Origin: an uncultured Gemmatimonadales bacterium
Lineage (GTDB): Bacteria > Gemmatimonadota > Gemmatimonadetes > Gemmatimonadales > Gemmatimonadaceae
Length of the DNA: 64,000 bases
Direction: 5' to 3'
NCBI GenBank assembly: GCA_963851265.1
Contig: CAWKNZ010000007.1
Location: 288,001-352,000 of the forward strand
Both the position numbers and the translations under genes were made by a program. Positions 47,688-56,591 of the stretch are shown here, piece after piece (position 1 is the first letter of the stretch; each line of letters starts with the position of its first letter). Below the pieces are notes generated by a model. It was not told where the DNA came from and did no database searches. It saw only the letters and a program-made list of their open reading frames with translations.

Positions 47688-49205
47688 TCACGCCGCGGCC
47701 GCCTTCCGCCGCGTCCACGCCTCCATCGCGTCGCACGCGTCGCAGTTGCCGCAGTGCCACTCGGGATCGACCGCCTCGCCGAAGTACTCGAGGATGTAGC
47801 GCGTGCGACACCGCGCCGTCTGCGCGTAGTCGACGACCGCCTGCAACTTTTCCTGGTCGCGCGCGCGGCGCTCCTCGTAATCCATCAGGTCGAGGCTGAG
47901 GTCGACCTGCGTGAGCGGCCCCGCGCCCGGCAGCCGCTCCCACTCGCCGCCCCTGTGCTCGCGCACCAGGCCGTGTCGCTTGAGGAGCATGAGCGTGATG
48001 CGTGCCTTCCGCCGCGGAACGCCACTCCGTTCGGCGAGTTCGTCGAGCGGGACGGGGGTGTGCTCGTCGTAGCCCTGGAGCACGATCGCGACCTTCGCCG
48101 CCTCCTCGACTTCGGGGTACTTGCCGCCGAGGAAGTAGCTCTGGATGCGCCGGTCCTCGACGCGGTAGAGCAGGGTGCAGGTGGAGGGTTCGCCGTCGCG
48201 CCCCGCGCGCCCCGCCTCCTGGTAGTACGCCTCGACCGACCCGGGAAAGTGGTAGTGGGCGACGAAGCGCAGGTCGGGCTTGTCGATGCCGAGGCCGAAG
48301 GCGTTGGTCGCGACGATCGCCTTGAGCTCGTCGGCCATGAAGCGCTCCTGCGTGAGCTTGCGCTCGGCCGGCGCGAGCTTGCCGTGGTACAGCCCGAACT
48401 CGTGCCGGCGATGGTACTTGTCCGCCAGGAAGGCGTGGATCCGCTCGGCCTCCTTGATCGTCGCCACGTAGATGACGCCGACGCCCGACGTGGTATCGAT
48501 CAGCTGGCGCAGCGCCTCGTCCTTGGCCGTGTCGTTGACGGTGCGTTTGACCTCGAACCGCAGGTTGGGGCGCGCGAAGCCGGTGATGGTGACGTGCGGG
48601 TCGCGCATGCCGAGCTGGCGCACGATGTCGTCGCGCACCTCGGCCGTCGCCGTCGCCGTGAGCGCGAGCACCGGGGGTCGCCCGAGCCGCTTCACCACCG
48701 AGCCGAGGGTGAGATAGTCCGGACGGAAGTCGTGCCCCCACTGCGAAACGCAGTGCGCCTCGTCGACGACGAACAGGCTCACCGTCCGCTGCAGGAGCAT
48801 GTCGAAGAACTCGCGGTCCTTGAACCGCTCGGGGGTGACGTAGAGGATCTCGCCCTCGCCGTCGTGGATCGCGCGCTCGGTCTCACGCGCCTGCCGCGTG
48901 GTCTGGTGCGAATGCACCGCGAGCGCGTCGACGCCCTGCGCCTGCAGCTTGTCCTGCTGGTCCTTCATGAGCGCGATGAGCGGACTCACCACGAGCGTGA
49001 GGCCGGGCAGGACGAGCGCCGGGAACTGGTAGATGAGCGACTTACCGCTGCCCGTAGGCATCACGACGAGGGTGTCCTCGCCGCGCAGGACGTGCTGGAT
49101 TGGCTCGAACTGGCGGTACTGAAAATCTTCGAAGCCGAAGCGCTCGGCCAAAATGGCTTTCGCCCGCGCGCGTGTGAGCGACGCGGGGACGTCGGAGGTC
49201 GTCAT
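47688..49205 (-). CDS. recQ: RecQ-family helicase with C-terminal Zn-binding region and no HRDC
   Basis: [34 protein letters not shown]...YFGE...CGNCD.C. Confidence 0.93.
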   Translation of the reverse strand: MTTSDVPASLTRARAKAILAERFGFEDFQYRQFEPIQHVLRGEDTLVVMPTGSGKSLIYQFPALVLPGLTLVVSPLIALMKDQQDKLQAQGVDALAVHSHQTTRQARETERAIHDGEGEILYVTPERFKDREFFDMLLQRTVSLFVVDEAHCVSQWGHDFRPDYLTLGSVVKRLGRPPVLALTATATAEVRDDIVRQLGMRDPHVTITGFARPNLRFEVKRTVNDTAKDEALRQLIDTTSGVGVIYVATIKEAERIHAFLADKYHRRHEFGLYHGKLAPAERKLTQERFMADELKAIVATNAFGLGIDKPDLRFVAHYHFPGSVEAYYQEAGRAGRDGEPSTCTLLYRVEDRRIQSYFLGGKYPEVEEAAKVAIVLQGYDEHTPVPLDELAERSGVPRRKARITLMLLKRHGLVREHRGGEWERLPGAGPLTQVDLSLDLMDYEERRARDQEKLQAVVDYAQTARCRTRYILEYFGEAVDPEWHCGNCDACDAMEAWTRRKAAAA

Positions 49206-49370
49206 GCCGGCGGTCTGGGCATGATTCGGACCCGCCGGCGTGCCCGCGCCATGGCCTTCGCATTGCACCGGCGCGACCCGCGGCGGGCGCACGGGCGCGC
49301 GCCGACGGGGGGCGCCGCCGTGCGGGCGCGGCCCCCCGACTCTCACCGCGTCCCTGATTCTGGAGTGGAG

Positions 49371-50057
49371 ATGGCCGAGGACTCTGCCGCACGTGGTGCG
49401 CACGACTTGCAGCCGCTGAGCGACCTGCGGTACTCCGTCGCGGAGGATGAGGCGGACGTGCGCGGATGGCCGGTGGTGTCGTCCGCCGGTGATGCCGTCG
49501 GGACGGTCGCCGACCTGCTGGTGGACGCGAATGCCGGCGAGGTCGTCGCGATGGACATCGCGCGCGCGAACGGCGGACCGCGTACGCTCGCGCCGGTGCG
49601 CGACGCGTACATCGACCGCGGCGCGCGCCGCGTCGTGCTCGACGCGCGTTCGCCCGGCGTGAGCGCGGTCGGCGGGGGAGTGCCGCTCGTCGAGCGGCGC
49701 GCCGATCGCGTCGACGATGCGAGCATGCTCGACGACGCCGCGGGCATCGATCCGCGCGAGTTGGACGCGCAGGTCCGCATCGAAGAAGGCGCGACCGTGG
49801 ACGACGAGGCACCGGTGGCCGGGGTGCGCTACGAGAGCGCCGAGCACACGCCGCACGACTACGGGCGTCCTGACGAAGCGTACGGGCCGGAGTACGGCGA
49901 TGGACGGATCGGCTTCGACAAGGTCGTGGGCCGCGACCCGGCGCTCGCGGGTGCGCCCGACCTCGAGGGCGCGACCGGCGGACGGACCGACGCCCGACGC
50001 GTCGTGCGCTACCGTCGCTACCCGGACGCCTACGCCGGGCCCGACGCGTCGGGCTGA
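49371..50057 (+). CDS. PRC-barrel domain protein
   Basis: DVRGWPV....G..VGTV.DLLVD; GGAG RBS. Confidence 0.8.
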   Translation: MAEDSAARGAHDLQPLSDLRYSVAEDEADVRGWPVVSSAGDAVGTVADLLVDANAGEVVAMDIARANGGPRTLAPVRDAYIDRGARRVVLDARSPGVSAVGGGVPLVERRADRVDDASMLDDAAGIDPRELDAQVRIEEGATVDDEAPVAGVRYESAEHTPHDYGRPDEAYGPEYGDGRIGFDKVVGRDPALAGAPDLEGATGGRTDARRVVRYRRYPDAYAGPDASG

Positions 50058-50132
50058 GGGGACGGGCTCAAGGGACGGAAGCGATCGGCGAGCGGCACGG
50101 ACCCCGTGACGCCGCGGCGCGTACCAGTGCGC

Positions 50133-51080
50133 ATGCTCATCCGCCGATCGCTCGACCTCGCCTCGTCAGACATCACGCCGGAACCGTCATACCTCGATCG
50201 TCGACGATTTCTCCGGGACGTGGGGCTTCTCGGACTCGGCGCGTCGGGGATCGTCGGCGCGATGGGCGCGGCCGGCCTCGCGGCGTGCACCGGGAGGGAC
50301 TCGGTGCCCGCCGGCCCCGCGGCGCCCGACCGCGTGACTGCGTACGACGACGCGACGGGGTACAACAATTATTACGAGTTCGGCACGGACAAGGACGACC
50401 CGAAGGCGAATGCGGGGTCACTCCGCACGCACCCGTGGAGCGTCGCGGTCGAGGGACTGGTCCGACGCCCCGCGACGTACGCGCTCGACGATCTGTTGAA
50501 GGGAATGACGCCGAGCGAGCACGTGTACCGCCACCGCTGCGTCGAGGCGTGGTCGATGGTGATTCCGTGGATCGGCTACCCCCTCGGCGATGTGCTGCGC
50601 CGCGTCGAGCCGCAGCCGGGCGCGCGCTGGGTGGAGTTCACGACGCTGTTCGACCCGGCGCAGATGCCGGGTGAGCGGTCGAGCGTGCTTCCCTGGCCGT
50701 ACGTCGAGGCGCTGCGCCTCGACGAGGCGATGCACCCGCTGACGCTGCTCGCCACCGGCATGTACGGCAAGACGCTGCCGAATCAGAACGGCGCACCGTT
50801 GCGGCTCGTCGTGCCGTGGAAGTACGGGTTCAAGGGCGCGAAGGCGATCGTCAAGATCCGCCTCTCCGACACGCAGCCGCGGACGACGTGGAACGCCGCG
50901 GCGCCGGACGAATACGGCCTCTACGCCAACGTCAATCCGGCCGTCGACCATCCGCGCTGGTCGCAGGCGAAGGAGCGGCGAGTCGGCGAGTTCCGTCGGC
51001 GCGCGACGCTGCCGTTCAACGGGTACGCGGACCAGGTCGCGTCGCTCTACAGCGGCATGGACCTCGTGCGCAACTTCTGA
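50133..51080 (+). CDS. msrP: Protein-methionine-sulfoxide reductase catalytic subunit
   Basis: [12 protein letters not shown] Tat motif, [32 protein letters not shown]. Confidence 0.96.
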   Translation: MLIRRSLDLASSDITPEPSYLDRRRFLRDVGLLGLGASGIVGAMGAAGLAACTGRDSVPAGPAAPDRVTAYDDATGYNNYYEFGTDKDDPKANAGSLRTHPWSVAVEGLVRRPATYALDDLLKGMTPSEHVYRHRCVEAWSMVIPWIGYPLGDVLRRVEPQPGARWVEFTTLFDPAQMPGERSSVLPWPYVEALRLDEAMHPLTLLATGMYGKTLPNQNGAPLRLVVPWKYGFKGAKAIVKIRLSDTQPRTTWNAAAPDEYGLYANVNPAVDHPRWSQAKERRVGEFRRRATLPFNGYADQVASLYSGMDLVRNF

Positions 51081-51183
51081 GCAGCCGATGCGTGCTCCGC
51101 CCGTCTGACGCAACGCCGACGCTCGGTCCGCTCGCTCGTCCTCTCGCTCGGCTCCGCACGACACGCGTCGCCCATCGCTCTAC

Positions 51184-51897
51184 ATGACAACGCTGACCTC
51201 TGCTCGTCCCACGGTTCCGCTCGCCCGTCTCCGTCCGTGGTTCGACCGTGCGGGCGGTCCGCTCGGGCGTGTGTTCGGTCGCGACTGGGGGCGCGGTCTC
51301 GTGTGGATCGCGTCGTTCGTCCCGGCCGTGTACCTCGCCTGGCAGCTCTGGCTCGCGTTTCAGGGCGAGCCGCACGACCTCGGCCGCGAACCCGTCAAGG
51401 GACTCGAGCATGCGACGGGCGAGCAGTCGATCCGATTCCTGCTCATCACGCTGGCCGTCACGCCGGTGCGCCAGCTGACCGGGTGGAACTGGCTCGCGAA
51501 ATACCGGCGCGTGTTCGGCCTCGTGATGTTTGCGTATGCGACCGCACACCTCGTCACCTACGCCGCGCTGGACCTCGAACTCAACCTCGGCGACCTCGGA
51601 CGCGAAATCGTGAAGCGGCCGTATCTCGTGGTCGGGTTCATCGCGTGGCTCGTGCTCGTCCCGCTCGCGGTCACGAGTACGACGGGGTGGATCCGCCGCC
51701 TGGGCGGACGCCGGTGGAACGCGCTACATCGGTTCACGTACCTGGTCGCGGTGCTCGGCATGATCCACTACTGGATGAGCCAGAAGCGGGATCACACGGA
51801 GCCGATCCTCTGGGGCGCCGCGTTCCTCGCCGTGTTCGTGTGGCGATGGTGGCGCCGAACGCCGGCGGTCCCGGTCGCGACGGCAGTTCGCGGCTGA
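51184..51897 (+). CDS. msrQ: MsrQ heme membrane subunit
   Basis: TLAVTP, RR..GL..F.YA..H, PLA.TS, W..LHR..Y, H. Confidence 0.93.
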   Translation: MTTLTSARPTVPLARLRPWFDRAGGPLGRVFGRDWGRGLVWIASFVPAVYLAWQLWLAFQGEPHDLGREPVKGLEHATGEQSIRFLLITLAVTPVRQLTGWNWLAKYRRVFGLVMFAYATAHLVTYAALDLELNLGDLGREIVKRPYLVVGFIAWLVLVPLAVTSTTGWIRRLGGRRWNALHRFTYLVAVLGMIHYWMSQKRDHTEPILWGAAFLAVFVWRWWRRTPAVPVATAVRG

Positions 51898-52142
51898 CGC
51901 TACCGCGCCCGACGGGGCGACGGGAAGGTCTCCGTTCCGACGCCGCGCGCGATCCGGTCCTTGGCGGCCCGCGGGACGCGGGGGTAACGGCGGTGGAACG
52001 GGTCGGCCCGCAACCCGCCGGGTTCGTCGGGCATACGCGGCGCACCCGGGGAGTCGAAGTGGTCCGGCCGTAGGCGCGGGTAGGTCGCGACCCCGGTTCG
52101 TGTGCGAGACCGCACACATCCCGCCTGCACCGCGCGACGTCA

Positions 52143-52158
52143 TGTGACGCCGATCACG
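52143..52158. promoter_or_regulatory. CRP/FNR-family-like site
   Basis: TGTGA-cgccga-TCACG (9/10 match to TGTGA-N6-TCACA). Confidence 0.5.
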
Positions 52159-52301
52159 GCAGGTGACCGGCGCGCAATTCTGATGTTGCCCGAACGTCAC
52201 GAATCGTGCTGAAAATCGCGCGTCGTGGAACGCAATCCGCAATGTGGTACGCCGGCGCCGCGCGCTGACGCGGGCGGCGTGTTCACTCACAGGAGGCAGT
52301 T

Positions 52302-52910
52302 ATGACCAAACTCATTACGACGCTCGCGACTCTCGCGATTCTTCCCGTAGCAGCGTTCGCCCAGACCACGCCGACGCAGCAGCCCGCGACGGGCGCTGGC
52401 AGCAGCAGCACCGGCGCGATGTCGGGGATGCAGGATAGCGCGGCGCGCCCGCGTGCCCGCGCGCGCACGCACCGTCACGTCACCCGCGTGAGTCACACCC
52501 GCGTCGCCAACACGAACGGCGACACCATGAGCGTGTCGACGATGAGCCAGAGCTCGTCCGTCGGTCGCCCGGGACATCGCACCACGCGGAGCCGGATGAC
52601 CGACAGCAGCAGCATGTCGTCGGGCTCCATGAGCGGGGCGTCCGGCAGCATGGGCGCAGGTTCGATGAGCGCCGGCTCGATGAGCGCGGGCTCCACCGGC
52701 TCCGGTTCGATGACCGGCGGGATGTCGCCGCGGCCGTCGCGCGGGGCGCGGAGCCGCGGCGCACGCAGCCGGACCGATACGACGCAGGCATCGCCCTCGG
52801 CCGACATGAGCGGCGGGACGACCGGTGCCGCGACCGGCTCGACCGGGACCACGGCGTCGCCGCCGCGTACCGGCGGGACGACGCCGTCCAGCACGACGCC
52901 GCCGCGCTGA
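52302..52910 (+). CDS. Secreted Met/Ser/Gly-rich low-complexity protein
   Basis: AGGAGG RBS; signal peptide ending AFA-Q; 14 Met; MSxGS-like pentapeptide repeats. Confidence 0.85.
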   Translation: MTKLITTLATLAILPVAAFAQTTPTQQPATGAGSSSTGAMSGMQDSAARPRARARTHRHVTRVSHTRVANTNGDTMSVSTMSQSSSVGRPGHRTTRSRMTDSSSMSSGSMSGASGSMGAGSMSAGSMSAGSTGSGSMTGGMSPRPSRGARSRGARSRTDTTQASPSADMSGGTTGAATGSTGTTASPPRTGGTTPSSTTPPR

Positions 52911-53017
52911 ACGAGGGGGTAGTCCGCGCGCGATCGGCGTGCGGACGGCTCTCCCCCCTCGTCCCGCCCGTACGACCGCGTGATGACGCCCCGCCCGGCA
53001 CACCCGGGCGGGGCGTC
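52911..53017. terminator. Two GC hairpins after the Met-rich gene
   Basis: ACGAGGGGG...CCCCCTCGT (52911-52962) and a perfect 14-bp stem GACGCCCCGCCCGG-CACAC-CCGGGCGGGGCGTC (52985-53017); no U-tract. Confidence 0.55.
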
Positions 53018-53056
53018 GTGCGTCCGCGTGCACGATCGCCGGGTTACGTTCACCCC

Positions 53057-54250
53057 ATGCCGACCCCTGCCGCGCACCGACTCGCCTGCTACGCCGTGAC
53101 CGCGCCCGGCCTGGAGACGATTGCGGCCGACGAGATCCGCCCGCTCGTCGCGGCGCCGCTCACCCCGGACGTCGGCGGCGTGGCCTTCGCCGCGACGCCC
53201 ACCGAGCTGTACCGCGTCAATCTGTGGTCGCGCGTGGCGAGCCGCGTCCTGGTACGCCTCGCGGACTTCGACGCGGCGCACTTCTCCGAGCTGCAGGCGG
53301 GGTGCGAGCGGATCGCGTGGGAGCGCTTCGTGGGACCGCGCGACGGCGTGCGCGTGCGGGTCACGTGCCGGAAGTCGCGCCTCTACCATTCCGACGCGGT
53401 CGCCGAGCGCGTGGGTGAGGCGATCCGCCGCCGCACCGGTGCCGTCGTGGTCGATGCGGGCCGGGAGGAGGACGACGAAGCGGGAGCGGCACAGTTGATC
53501 GTCGTGCGTCTCTTGCACGACCGGTGCACCGTCTCGGCGGACAGCTCGGGCGAGCTGCTGCATCGCCGTGGGTACCGACAGGCGGTCGCGAAGGCGCCGC
53601 TGCGCGAGACGTTGGCCGCCGCGCTCCTACTCGCGGCCGGCTACGACGGCGACGGACCGGTGCTCGATCCGCTCTGCGGGTCCGGAACGATCCCGATCGA
53701 GGCGGCGCTCATCGCGCGCCGGATCGCGCCGGGTCGTCACCGGGCGTTCGCGTTCGAGCGCTGGCTCGACTTCGACGCGCCGGCGTGGCACGCGCTCCGT
53801 GCGCGCGCGGACGAGGGGGTGCGGTCGTTCGCGCTCCACGCGATTGCCGGGAGTGACCGCGATGCTGGGGCGGTTCAGGCCGCACACGCGAACGCCGAGC
53901 GTGCCGGGGTGTCGGACGACGTCACGTTCGAGCACCGGGCACTATCCGCGGCCGTCCCGCCCGGGACGAACCACGGGTCGGACGGTACGCCGGGATGGCT
54001 CGTCACGAACCCGCCGTATGGCAAGCGGCTTGGCGAGCACGACGCGCTCCGGGACCTGTGGGCCCGGCTCGGTCAGTTCGCCCGGGTGCGCTGCCCGGGC
54101 TGGCAGATGGCCGTGCTCGCGCCCGGCGGACTCGTCGGCGCACGGCTCGACGTGCCACTCGAGGTCGCGGCGGACACGCGTAACGGCGGCCTCGCCGTCG
54201 ACATCGCCGTGGGTCGCGTGCCCGGCGCGACGCCCGCGCCTGTGCCGTGA
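53057..54250 (+). CDS. THUMP-domain class I SAM RNA methyltransferase (RlmL-like)
   Basis: PGLE, DSSG..LHRRGYR, APLRETLAAA, DPLCGSGTI.IEA, NPPYG.R. Confidence 0.92.
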   Translation: MPTPAAHRLACYAVTAPGLETIAADEIRPLVAAPLTPDVGGVAFAATPTELYRVNLWSRVASRVLVRLADFDAAHFSELQAGCERIAWERFVGPRDGVRVRVTCRKSRLYHSDAVAERVGEAIRRRTGAVVVDAGREEDDEAGAAQLIVVRLLHDRCTVSADSSGELLHRRGYRQAVAKAPLRETLAAALLLAAGYDGDGPVLDPLCGSGTIPIEAALIARRIAPGRHRAFAFERWLDFDAPAWHALRARADEGVRSFALHAIAGSDRDAGAVQAAHANAERAGVSDDVTFEHRALSAAVPPGTNHGSDGTPGWLVTNPPYGKRLGEHDALRDLWARLGQFARVRCPGWQMAVLAPGGLVGARLDVPLEVAADTRNGGLAVDIAVGRVPGATPAPVP

Positions 54251-54328
54251 TCGCGCGCTACCCGCGCGCTGATCGTCCGCCACGATCGTCCGCCGCGCAC
54301 CGCAGCGTCGTGCGGGGTGACCGCGAGC

Positions 54329-54532
54329 TCAGCTCCCGTCGGCGGTCACGGTCGCGCCGCGGCCACGGCGACACCGGTCGCTGCAGTAGCGAACCTCGTC
54401 CCATGAACGCTCCCACTTCTTCCGCCAGGTGAACGGGAGCCCGCAGCGAGCACAATGCTTGGCCGGCCGTTCCGAGGGTGGCCGGGCCCGGGTCGGACGC
54501 GGTGTATCGGGTGACCGCGGGCGACGCGACAT
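54329..54532 (-). CDS. DUF2256 zinc-binding small protein
   Basis: [12 protein letters not shown]...[11 protein letters not shown]. Confidence 0.9.
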   Translation of the reverse strand: MSRRPRSPDTPRPTRARPPSERPAKHCARCGLPFTWRKKWERSWDEVRYCSDRCRRGRGATVTADGS

Positions 54533-54598
54533 GGCCGGTTCAACGCCGCCCGCGCGCTCGGCGTTCCGGCGCATGGCACGGCCGGTGTAGGTTTTGGT

Positions 54599-56572
54599 GT
54601 GAACACGAGCGGCGCTGCGGACAGCACATTCGACCCGTCGCAGGTACTCGCCGATCTCGACGTCGGTGTGGCCTACATCGCGCGCGACTGGCGCATCGTC
54701 TACGCCAACGCGGTGTGGGCGGAACTCGCGGGCGGTCACGACCCCGCGTCATACACCGGACGCGAGCTGTGGGACGCGCTCCCCGGACTGGCTGCGACGC
54801 CCGAAGCGGCGGTAATTCGCGCGACGCAGGCCGACGGCGTTCCACGCGCATTCCGGGTGAGGCGCTCTGGCACGGCCAGGACGTCGGCGGGGGCCGCGTC
54901 CTCCGGCGGCGCGCTGCACGTTGCCTTGCGGCGCGTGCCCGGTGACTACGGACTCGTCTGCTCGTTACGCGACGTCACGGCCGAGGACCGGCTCGAGCAG
55001 GTGCAGGACCGCGTGCTCGAGAGCATCGGCGAGGGGCTGCTGGTGATCGGGCGCGACTGGGTGCTGACGTACGTCAACGCCGCCGCCGAACGCGTGGCGG
55101 GGGTGCCGCGCGCGCGCGCGCTGGGGCGCGCGGTGTGGGACGCGTACCCGGCGCTGCTGGGGACGCACGTCGAAGCGATCTGCCGCGCGGCGATGACGGA
55201 GCGGGTGCCACACGCTGCCCGAACGACGCCCGTCGCGAGACACCGGGAGGGCAAGCCCGCGCTGTTCGACGTGCAGTGTTACCCGGTGGTGGGCGACGGC
55301 CTCGTGCTCCTGTTCAACGAGGTGAGCGTGCGGGAGCGGCAGGCGCGCGCGTTGGCCGAACGCAGCGCCGAGAACGAGCGGCTACGCGAACTCGCCCGAG
55401 CGATGGCCGCCGAACGCGACGCGCCCGCGCTATTGGAAACGCTCTGCGGCGCCGCGGTCGACCTGTGCGGCGCGGTGGGCGCGACCGTCGCCGAGGTACA
55501 AGACGGCCACGGCACCATCGTGACGAGCGTCAACTACCCGTCGTACGTACACGCGCACCGCTTTCCGCTCGACGACACACCCACGGGACGCGTGTTGGCG
55601 CTCGTCGAGCGGGGTGCGCCCTCGGCCGTGCTGCGCGCCGACGCTGACGAAAACGCGGGCGCGAGCGACGAAACGCCCGTGTTCGCCGACGGGCGCATGG
55701 TCGGCGCGCGAATGCTCGCCGTCCTGGCCGCCCACGGCACGCCGCTCGGCGTGCTCGAGGTCGCGCGCGCCGCGGGTGCGGCGCGGTTCACCGTGCGTGA
55801 CGCGGAGTGTCTACGCGTGGTGGCCGATCACGCGGCGCTGGCCCTCTGGAAGGCGCGGCTGGTGGACGAGGCCCGCGCGGCGAATGAGACGAAGACCGGC
55901 TTCCTCGCCACCGTCAGCCACGAGTTGCGCACCCCGCTCACGGCACTCACCGGTTACGGCGAGCTGGTGGCGGACGAGATCCTCGGCCCGCTCACGCCGG
56001 CACAGGCCGACGTGATGGAGCGCATGCGCGTCGTGACGCACCAGCTCACGGCGATGATCGAGGAGATCCTCACGTTCTCGGCGCTCGAGGCCGGGCGCGA
56101 ACTCGTGCGTCCCGTGCCGACGAGCGTCGAGGAGGTCGTCGCGGCGGTCGTGGCCGTCGTCGAGCCGATCGCGGCGCAGAAGGCGCTCGCGTTCGCGGCC
56201 GTGGTCCCGCGCGAGGGCCCGCCGCTCGTGACCGACCCGGACAAGCTGCGCCAGATCCTCGTGAACCTGTGTGGGAACGCGGTGAAGTTCACCGAGCGAG
56301 GCGGCGTGCGGCTCGTCGTCGGCGCCGATCGGCAGCACGTGACGTTCGCGGTCGCCGATACGGGGCTCGGCATCGCGACCGGTGACATCCCGCGGCTGTT
56401 TCAGGCGTTCGCGCAGCTCGACACCGGGCTCACGCGTCGCTTCGGGGGTACCGGCCTCGGGCTCTACATCTCGCAGCGGCTCGCCGTGCTGCTCGGCGGG
56501 CGCATCGAAGTCGAGTCGCGGCTCGGTGAGGGGTCGACGTTCACGCTCCGTCTGCCGCTCCGGGCGGAGTGA
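54599..56572 (+). CDS. Cytoplasmic PAS-PAS-GAF histidine kinase
   Basis: Two PAS segments (YAN; YVN.AAE), GAF-like region, [24 protein letters not shown]; no TM. Confidence 0.92.
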   Translation: MNTSGAADSTFDPSQVLADLDVGVAYIARDWRIVYANAVWAELAGGHDPASYTGRELWDALPGLAATPEAAVIRATQADGVPRAFRVRRSGTARTSAGAASSGGALHVALRRVPGDYGLVCSLRDVTAEDRLEQVQDRVLESIGEGLLVIGRDWVLTYVNAAAERVAGVPRARALGRAVWDAYPALLGTHVEAICRAAMTERVPHAARTTPVARHREGKPALFDVQCYPVVGDGLVLLFNEVSVRERQARALAERSAENERLRELARAMAAERDAPALLETLCGAAVDLCGAVGATVAEVQDGHGTIVTSVNYPSYVHAHRFPLDDTPTGRVLALVERGAPSAVLRADADENAGASDETPVFADGRMVGARMLAVLAAHGTPLGVLEVARAAGAARFTVRDAECLRVVADHAALALWKARLVDEARAANETKTGFLATVSHELRTPLTALTGYGELVADEILGPLTPAQADVMERMRVVTHQLTAMIEEILTFSALEAGRELVRPVPTSVEEVVAAVVAVVEPIAAQKALAFAAVVPREGPPLVTDPDKLRQILVNLCGNAVKFTERGGVRLVVGADRQHVTFAVADTGLGIATGDIPRLFQAFAQLDTGLTRRFGGTGLGLYISQRLAVLLGGRIEVESRLGEGSTFTLRLPLRAE

Positions 56573-56591
56573 GGAAGCTTAGATTGCGGGC

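Noticed and set aside
49371..50057. PRC-barrel as photosynthetic reaction centre H subunit
   Set aside because: No N-terminal TM helix and no puf/puh/bch genes nearby; PRC barrels are widespread.
51898..52100. Cobalamin riboswitch
   Set aside because: Only short fragments (GGGAAG, GCCCGCAAC) resemble it; the conserved order and B12 box are missing and there is no relevant downstream gene.
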